64,000 bases of DNA, taken from Eledone cirrhosa. Taxonomy: Eukaryota. A program made the position numbers and the translations under genes. Location: assembly GCA_964016885.1 (NCBI GenBank), contig OZ024740.1:40734001-40798000 (forward strand). Direction: 5' to 3'. Positions 54,001 through 63,000 of this stretch are shown here, piece after piece (within the stretch, counting starts at the first letter, position 1; each line of letters starts with the position of its first letter). Under the pieces are notes generated by a model that saw only the letters and a program-made list of their open reading frames with translations, was not told where the DNA came from and ran no database searches.

Positions 54001-57000
54001 TTAAGAATGTAGGATTCACATGCAGCAGCTGTGCTGAAACAGCAAGCAAACAGCCACAGGAAACAAGTACCACCAATCTCTGGGAGGGCCCTGTAGAAAC
54101 AGTAGACAGCTTCTGCTACCTAGGTGACCGAATTAGCAACGGAGGTGGGTGCTCAGAAAGTGCAATAACTAGGGTAAGAACGGGATGGAAGAAGTTTAGG
54201 GAACTACTACCACTGCTAGCTGCAAAAGGCTTCTCCCTCAGAATGAAAGGCAGACTGTATGATGCGTGTATCCGAACAGCGATGTTGCATGGTAGTGAGA
54301 CCTGGGCGCTGAAGGTGGAAGACTTACGTAGATTAGAGAGAAACGAAGCCTGCATGCTCCGATGGATGTGTAACAGTAATATACGTGAACGACAAAGCAT
54401 AAAGGAATTGAGAGAGAGACTGAGCATAAGAGGAATCAAATGCTGCGTGCAGGAGAGGCGGTTACGCTGGTATGGACATGTGATGCGTATGAAGGATGAC
54501 AGCTGCATAAAAAGGTGCAGAGCACTAGAAGTTGATGGAAACCGCGGAGTGGGGAGACCCAAGATGACTTGGGATGAGGTGATAAAAGCCGACCTTACCC
54601 AACTACACCTCTCAAAGTCAATGACACACGACCGTGACCTCTGGCGTCACGCAGTAATACAGGGTACCCGACCTCCCATGGGTACATGCTGAAGCATATA
54701 ATCAATATGCCCCCCCCCCCCCCCCCCCCCCCACCGCAAGGTGGTCGTGGAGGTGCCACGGCAAAAAAGCACCCAGCCCACACTGTAAAGTGGACGTGTA
54801 GGCGCCACGAAAAAGCACCCAGCACTCACTGTAAATGAGGTTGGTGTTAGGAAGGGCATCCAGCTGTAGAAATCAAGCCAGATCAGTTCCTGTATGAGCA
54901 AGGCATGGTCAGCCGACCAGACACTGCCCACAACAGGACAACCCGTCTAACCCATGCTAGCGTGGAAGAACGGACGTAAAACGGTGATGATGATGATGAT
55001 GATGATTTAAAATCTGTCTACCATGTAAATATACATAGATATTTCAAAGCAATGCTATGAAGAGTTATAGAAAGAAAGAAATCTCATGTTACATACAAGG
55101 AGAACAAGGACAATTCCAAGTCAAAGACCAATGAACTTGTTGCTGGTCAACATGAATTGGTTCAGTTTGATCAATATTGGTTCTTTTAACTTCCAGTTTA
55201 TAACAGTAATCAGTACACAACAAGACTTTACCACTGTCGCCTCTCAAACTCAGTTCCTGCCTATTAACATAAAAAAAAAGAAAAACTAAGAGAAAGGTAA
55301 ATTAGATAATATTAAGGAAAAATTGATGAATTAAAAGTCTAAATATCTGAGGTGAGTTGTTAATAAATTTATAAAGTTTCAGACTATTGATATTGTCTTT
55401 AGAATTTATATCAACACTATGTTTCAACTGAGAATAACCTGATGAAAATATATTGTCCACACCAGTGCAGTTTTTTTCTTTTGCACACTACATCCCATTC
55501 CTCTTATACCCGGTTTTTCTTTCAGTTAACCTGTTCTTCATTTACACACATCAACATTACACATCAATGGAGCATGCTAGCTTCATTTCTCTCAAGTCAT
55601 TACACATTAACAAAACATGCTAGCTTCATTTCTCTCAAGACATTACACATCAACAGAGCATGTTTACTTCATCTCTCTCCATACACTACACATCCACAAA
55701 GCCTGCTTGCCTCATTCCTCTCCATTCTTCACAAATCTTCCACATATCATTTAATTATTATCAGGTGTAGTTTTTTTTCCTAGCAAAGAATGGGAAACTA
55801 TTTTCTGAGTAAGAACTAGGTGAAAAAAAAGTTAAGGGAGTTTTTGCTTCTGCTCATAACAAAGGAGTATTATCTCTGCGTGAAAAGCAGATTGTATAAT
55901 GTTTGTGCATGAAGTGCAATATTGCACAGTATTACGTCCACAAGCATTACATGTTTATACCAATGCAATCCTTTTTTCTACACACAACAAGTAAATTAAC
56001 TTACCAAGGTGGATATATCTGGATAAGTGATCCAACAGAAAGTTTCAAATCATTTACTTTATTATAACTAAACAATACAGTGTAATGGCTGTTATTTGAG
56101 TTTGGTGTCCAGTCATTATTCTCAGAGTAGATTCCTGGAATACAAACGCTATTAACTATGCCATGCTGGTAGGTTATTTTCTGTATCAGCAGTGTTAACA
56201 TTTCAGAACAATCTGTTTAATAGAAGAAACAAATATTTTCTACAATAAATAAACAATATAATGTTGTCATAAGAAAGATTTCAACAGAAGTATGACAATT
56301 ATATTATTTACTTGTGTATAACAAAAATCAAGGATATGACTTATATACAAGGCTATGACACTGTGTGCAAGAAATTTCATCCTTATCACCCCCAGCCGCT
56401 ATAATATACATTGGCTCTCCCATAATCCTATTTTGTTAATTATGTTCCACATGGCACCTCATTTAATTATCCAACTCCACTAACGACAGTAGATATATAT
56501 ATACAGTAATATAATTTGGAAAACTCTCTAGCCCTCTTAGTCTCATCTTCCATGTAGATTTACATAATAAAGCTTTTGTACCAACGTTTTCTATGTAAAA
56601 TATGAGATGTGACTTATGAGTGTGACTTATACACAAATACAACATATACACGAGTGTGACATATATATATCCTCCCTCATCCATGTATACACCGACACAG
56701 CATTGCTGCACCACACAGAAATGTTCACTCACACTTAAATACATTACACATACAACAAAAAACTTTAACATACTTATTAATAAACACATAGAAACGCACA
56801 CATACACATGTGTTTCTCACTTAGTGTTGTATAGTATGGTTGCTATTGCAATTTTATTGCTTTTTTTTTTTGTTTATTTCCACTTCAGCTGACCACCTTG
56901 AAGTTGAGTTTGGGTTTTTTTAATGAATGGATACATAATGAACAGATATATATTTGATAGATACACAGACAAACCACACACATATATGATGTGAATACAG

Positions 57001-60000
57001 CCAGACACACATTGACATCATCACAAACAATGTATAGACCATTCCAACAATATATACACTGCTACACACAAAAAATTACAAGCCACTCATCTACCCCTAG
57101 TTTCCTAAGCACCTACTAAATTTATGTATGTGTGTCATCAAAAAAACATGAAGTGAAGAGAAATGTAACAGAATTAATATATACCACTCCATTTGTTGTT
57201 TTGCTGGTACCACCTTATATTGGAGTCAACCCTTGATCGGGCTTGGAATCGGGACAGTTTAGCTGCAAGACCACCACTGGAATTAATGAAGGAAAAATTT
57301 AAAAGAATAACGATAAATGAAGTCGACAGAGGACATCATAAAATAATTGAGTGAATGAATTGATAAAAGACAGAACTAATTGAGAAACTTGAATAACTAA
57401 TTATCAAGAAACCTTTGACTGCTAAAGATTTCTTTTGTATGTGTGTCATTTTATGCCTAATTTCCATGCTGGCCTGGGTTGGACAGGCTATCATGGTCTG
57501 GAACTAGACTGGTTAGGGAACTATATCTTCCCTATACATTCCATATTTGGTATAGTGTCTATGGCTGGATGCCTGCCTATCACCAACAACTTTACAGAGT
57601 GTGTTGGGTGCTTTTATCGTGGCACCAGTATTAGAGAGGTTGTTGTGACCTTGACACAACTGAAGGGTTCTCTCAATCTGTCTTTGGAATGTTTTCTACA
57701 GCTGGATGTCCTTTCTGTCACCAACCACCTTACAGAATGTACTGGGTGCATTATCCATGGCACCAACACTAGAGAAGTTGTCAAGACTGAAGGGTCCTTT
57801 CAACCCTTTTTTAGCATAGTTTCACCAGCTGGAAGCCCCTCCCATTACCAATCACCCTACGGAGTATATTGGGTACACCACATCACGGCACCAGGTGTGG
57901 TGATACAGGGGAAGGGTGAGAAATGACAACTCCACAAGTCCCACTAACTGACATTTCTCTGTAACTCTTTATACAGCTGTCATCCTCTACATAGATCACA
58001 TGTTCATACCAACAGCCTTCCCTCCACATACATCACATGTTCATACCAGCACAGTCCTTCCTCCAAAAACCATCAAAGTCCTCCCTTGCCATACATCACA
58101 TGTCCATACAGCACAGACCTCTCTCCATACATTATCTCATGTCCATAATATCAGTCATCTCTCTTACTACTATACAGAGTCCATTGCTAAGATCACCCAT
58201 GTCCCACCTCCACTGGAGCATACGCATACTCATCCTCAAGTCTTCTGTAATCAAGGCATGTGTCTCATTGCCATCCACACACAGACATGACGCTGCTTAC
58301 GCCTCGTCCCAAGAGAGAAGACCGCCCCCCCCCCCCCCCACTTACCCACCAATTGTAAACAGAGAAAGGGCATCCAACAATAGCAAACTTGCCAAACAAA
58401 AGGTCATAAAGACTCTTTAGCTGTGCTAAAGACATGAGTGCTGGTGTCACGATAAAACGCATCTGGTGCACTCTATCAAGTGCAGGAACACATGTAAGTG
58501 AAATATGGGCTACTGGCCTGTTTGAAAAGCAACAGTTCTAATTGATGACCCATTCAACGCTTGCTGGCAAAGAAAGTGGACATTAAATGATGATGATAAT
58601 GGTTTCTACTATATGCACAAGGCCAGCATTACTGGTGCTTTATTTTATCGACCCCATAATGATGAAAGGCAAAGCTAACCTCAGTGGGATTTGAACACAG
58701 AACGTAAATGGCCGTAACTCTATGCCACGAAGCATAGTATCCAACACTCTACCGATACTGCCAATTTACCACCCTTATGATGATGATGATAATAATAAGA
58801 CTAACTCTAAGTTGTCCATCTAATGTAAAACAGCAGTTATATAATACCTACACTATATATTTATGTTTCTTTTTTGCTGAGTCATGTTCTGTTTTTTCAG
58901 ATTGAATCTTAGTTGGTTTAGAAGTTTCTCCTTGATTTTCTGGTGGAGTTGCTACCTCGATAATTTCAACCCAATTACTAACTTTCTTCCGTGTCTCAGT
59001 CTGGGTATTCTCTGTGGATGAGTTCCATGAAGATATTCCAATTTCAGAGGAAATATCAGAATTTATTGTCTGGAAAAGATGGTGCATTAAAGTTGAGAAT
59101 ATTGGATTTAAAAGATGAAATGATTCTGGTTTGAAAGGATTTGGAGCACATTATATTGTAGACTCACAAAAACCTTGTCAGAACGAAAAAAAAAAGATGT
59201 TAAAATAAAGATAATGATGGTGAAAACTGTGACGATGATAATAACAATAGTTGCTTATACTTTAGGCACAAGGCCAACAAATTTGGTGGGAGAGGAAAGT
59301 TGATTAAATCAACTCCAGTGTATTACTAGTACTTTATTTTATTGACTCTGTCAGGATAAAAGGCAAAGCTAACCTTGGAGAGATTCAAACTCAGAACTTG
59401 GGACATAACTTAATTCTATAATTAAGATTTAACATACTGGTGAAGACACTTACTTTTTTCTCTTTCGAAGGATGCAGTGATAATTCTTCTATAGAATTCA
59501 TTTCTTCATCTGAAGGGAAATTTCCAATACTGATGCCACTCTGGAAATAGAGAAATAAATGTAACTAAATAAATATAAAGATAAATAAGAAATGTTTTGA
59601 GAGTGTGGGAAAATAAATATTGATCACTTATTACATTAAACATGTCAAATGATATCCTCAAACTTTCACCTATATAGCTAACACAAAAACACTCACAAAG
59701 AGGATTAATAGCACATTCACATGAATGCTAAGAAAGACCCAGAACATCTCCTGAGATACACATGTAGCAAATAAACTGCTCTATGGTTCACAACCTCTCC
59801 TTTCTGACATCATAAGGCATGGGAGGCTCACATTAGCTGGACATGTGAACCTGCTGGCAGAGTTCTTTTCTGGAAACCAGATATATGCAGATGAGTTAGA
59901 GACCAAAGACACTGAAATATATTCTTGAAGATGACACTGGACTGGAGGCAAGAGAACTACAGACAACAATGCTGGAGGAGGAACTTCTTCACGGCACCGG

Positions 60001-63000
60001 TAACAGGTGTGTAGAAGAGGAAACTAACACATATTACCAAAAAATGTTTCTTTCTTAACTGTGGCACAAGTACAAACAAAAAATGGTTCCAATTCTCATA
60101 GTCCTAGTGAATACTACCAGAAGGATAGTAAATAGACCTAAGGGAGATGCTGAAATCACCTGAAGTAAGAAACAAGCTAGTCACCTGAATAGTCAATCAG
60201 GTAATACATGATGGTGTCATACCCAATGACTGGTATAACAGTGTAATCTCTAATGCTTAGAAGGTAAAATGTGATGTTCTAGAAAAGAGCAACTACAGAG
60301 GAATAAAACTGATGGATCAAGTTATGAAAGTGACAGATTTTAAATCATCATCATCATCATCATCACCGTTTTACGTCCGTTCTTCCACGCTAGCATGGGT
60401 TAGACGGGTTGTCCTGTTGTGGGCAGTGTCTGGTCGGCTGACCATGCCTTGCTCATACAGGAACTGATCTGGCTTGATTTCTACAGCTGGATGCCCTTCC
60501 TAACACCAACCTCATTTACAGTGAGTGCTGGGTGCTTTTTCGTGGCGCCTACACGTCCACTTTACAGTGTGGGCTGGGTGCTTTTTTGCCGTGGCACCTC
60601 CACGGCCACCTTGCGGTGGGGGGGGGGGGGGGGCATATTGTTTATATGCTTCAGCATGTACCCATGGGAGGTCGGGTACCCTGTATTACTGCGTGACGCC
60701 AGAAGTCACGGTCGTGTGTCATTGACTTTGAGAGGTGTAGTTGGGTAAGGTCGGCTTTTATCACCTCATCCCAAGTCATCTTGGGTCTCCCCACTCCGCG
60801 GTTTCCATCAACTTCTAGTGCTCTGCACCTTTTTATGCAGCTGTCATCCTTCATACGCATCACATGTCCATACCAGCGTAACCGCCTCTCCTGCACGCAG
60901 CATTTGATTCCTCTTATGCTCAGTCTCTCTCTCAATTCCTTTATGCTTTGTCGTTCACGTATATTACTGTTACACATCCATCGGAGCATGCAGGCTTCGT
61001 TTCTCTCTAATCTACGTAAGTCTTCCACCTTCAGCGCCCAGGTCTCACTACCATGCAACATCGCTGTTCGGATACACGCATCATACAGTCTGCCTTTCAT
61101 TCTGAGGGAGAAGCCTTTTGCAGCTAGCAGTGGTAGTAGTTCCCTAAACTTCTTCCATCCCGTTCTTACCCTAGTTATTGTACTTTCTGAGCACCCACCT
61201 CCGTTGCTAATTCGGTCACCTAGGTAGCAGAAGCTGTCTACTGTTTCTACAGGGCCCTCCCAGAGATTGGTGGTACTTGTTTCCTGTGGCTGTTTGCTTG
61301 ATGTTTCAGCACAGCTGCTGCATGTGAATCCTACATTCTTAATTAAGCTTCCTGAGATCCCGCTACATCTCTTGTGTACCCATTGTTTGCATTTGGGGCA
61401 GAGAATGGAGTTCCTACCTACACCTTTCCTACATACTGAGCAAGGCCATTTCCCTGAGGGGATCTGGGTTCTGTTTTCTCGTCTACTTACAAGGACCTTA
61501 GTCTTTGTCATGTTGACTTTTAGGCCCTTTCTCTCTAGTCCCTGCTTCCAGGTTTGGAATTTATTCTCTAGTTCTACCATAGATTCAGCTATGAGTGCGA
61601 GGTCATCAGCATACAGGAGTTCCCATGGGCATCCGGTCTTAAACTCCTCCGTTATTGCCTGCAGGACTATGATGAACAGGAGAGGGCTAAGAACAGAGCC
61701 CTGGTGGACCCCAACCTGTACGCTAAATTCCTCGCTATACTCATTGCCAATCCTAACTTTGCTGACTGCTCCCCTATACATGGCTTGTACCGCTTTCACA
61801 AGCCATTCATCTACTCCTAGTTTTCTAAGAGCCCACCAGATTACTGCACGTGGAACTCTGTCAAAGGCTTTCTCAAGGTCGACAAATGCCAAGTAGAGTG
61901 GCTTACTTTTAGCTAGGTACTGTGATAACACTTTTAGCTAGGTACTGTGATAACACAACTAATTAATCAAATTAGATGGGATACAGTTTGGTTTTGTGCC
62001 AGGAAGGCCTGCCATAAGAGAAGTCCCTAGTTAAGAGTAAGCTGCAGTATCTAGCTTTTGCAGATCTGGAAAAGGTCTTTGACAGGGTACCGCAATCTAT
62101 TATCTGGTGGTCCTTAAGGAAGCTAGATGTCTAGGTGTAGATGAATGGCTTGTAAGAGCGGTGCAAGCCATGTAAAGAGGTATTGTCAGTAAAGTGAAAG
62201 TAGGTAATGAGTTTAATGAAAAATTCAATGTACAAGATTGTGTCGATCATAGCTGTCCTCATACCTCTCTTGTTTATTATAGTTCTCCAGGCCATAACAG
62301 AGGGGTTTATGACTGGCCTGTCCATGAGAACTTCTGTATGCTGATGATCTGGTTCTTATAGTTAAATCTGTGGAAGAACTAGAAAAGAAATTCTCGCTGT
62401 GGAAACAGAATTTAGTATCAAAAGGCCTTAGAGTAAACTTGACAAAAACCAAAGTTTTAGTAAGTAGGAATGAAGACATCATGGAAGTTACTGTGCTTGA
62501 GATGCAGGAAAAGAGTAGAGAGAAACTCTATATGATGTACACAATGTAAATCCTGGGTACACAAATGTTGTAGAGGGATAGCAAGTAAGCTAACAGAAAA
62601 GGTAGACTTTGTATGTGGCAAATGAACAGGGATAGTTAGCAGTAAGAACAGCAGTGAAATAAACATTTCCCAATCCCAAGAAAGTACCATAGAAGTAGTT
62701 GATAGCTTCTGTTGCCTAGGTGAACTAATTAGTAGAGGAGGAGGTTGCTCTGAAAGCATAGTAGCTAGGATAGGAATAGGTTGGGAAAAGTTTTGGGAGC
62801 TACTACATCTATTGACAACAAAGGGATTTTCTCTACAAGCGAAGGGTAGATTGTATAATGCCTGAGTAAGAATTTCAGTTTTTCATGGCAGTGACACATG
62901 GGTGGTAAATGTAGAGAATATGAGAAGGTTAGAGAGAAATGAAGCAAACATATGGTTACACATGCTACCGAGTGCATTTTGTCGTGGCACCAATTCTAGG

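Noticed and set aside
30321-61896. Long ORFs antisense to the LINE ORF2 copies
   Set aside because: Shadow ORFs of RT coding sequence with no independent features.
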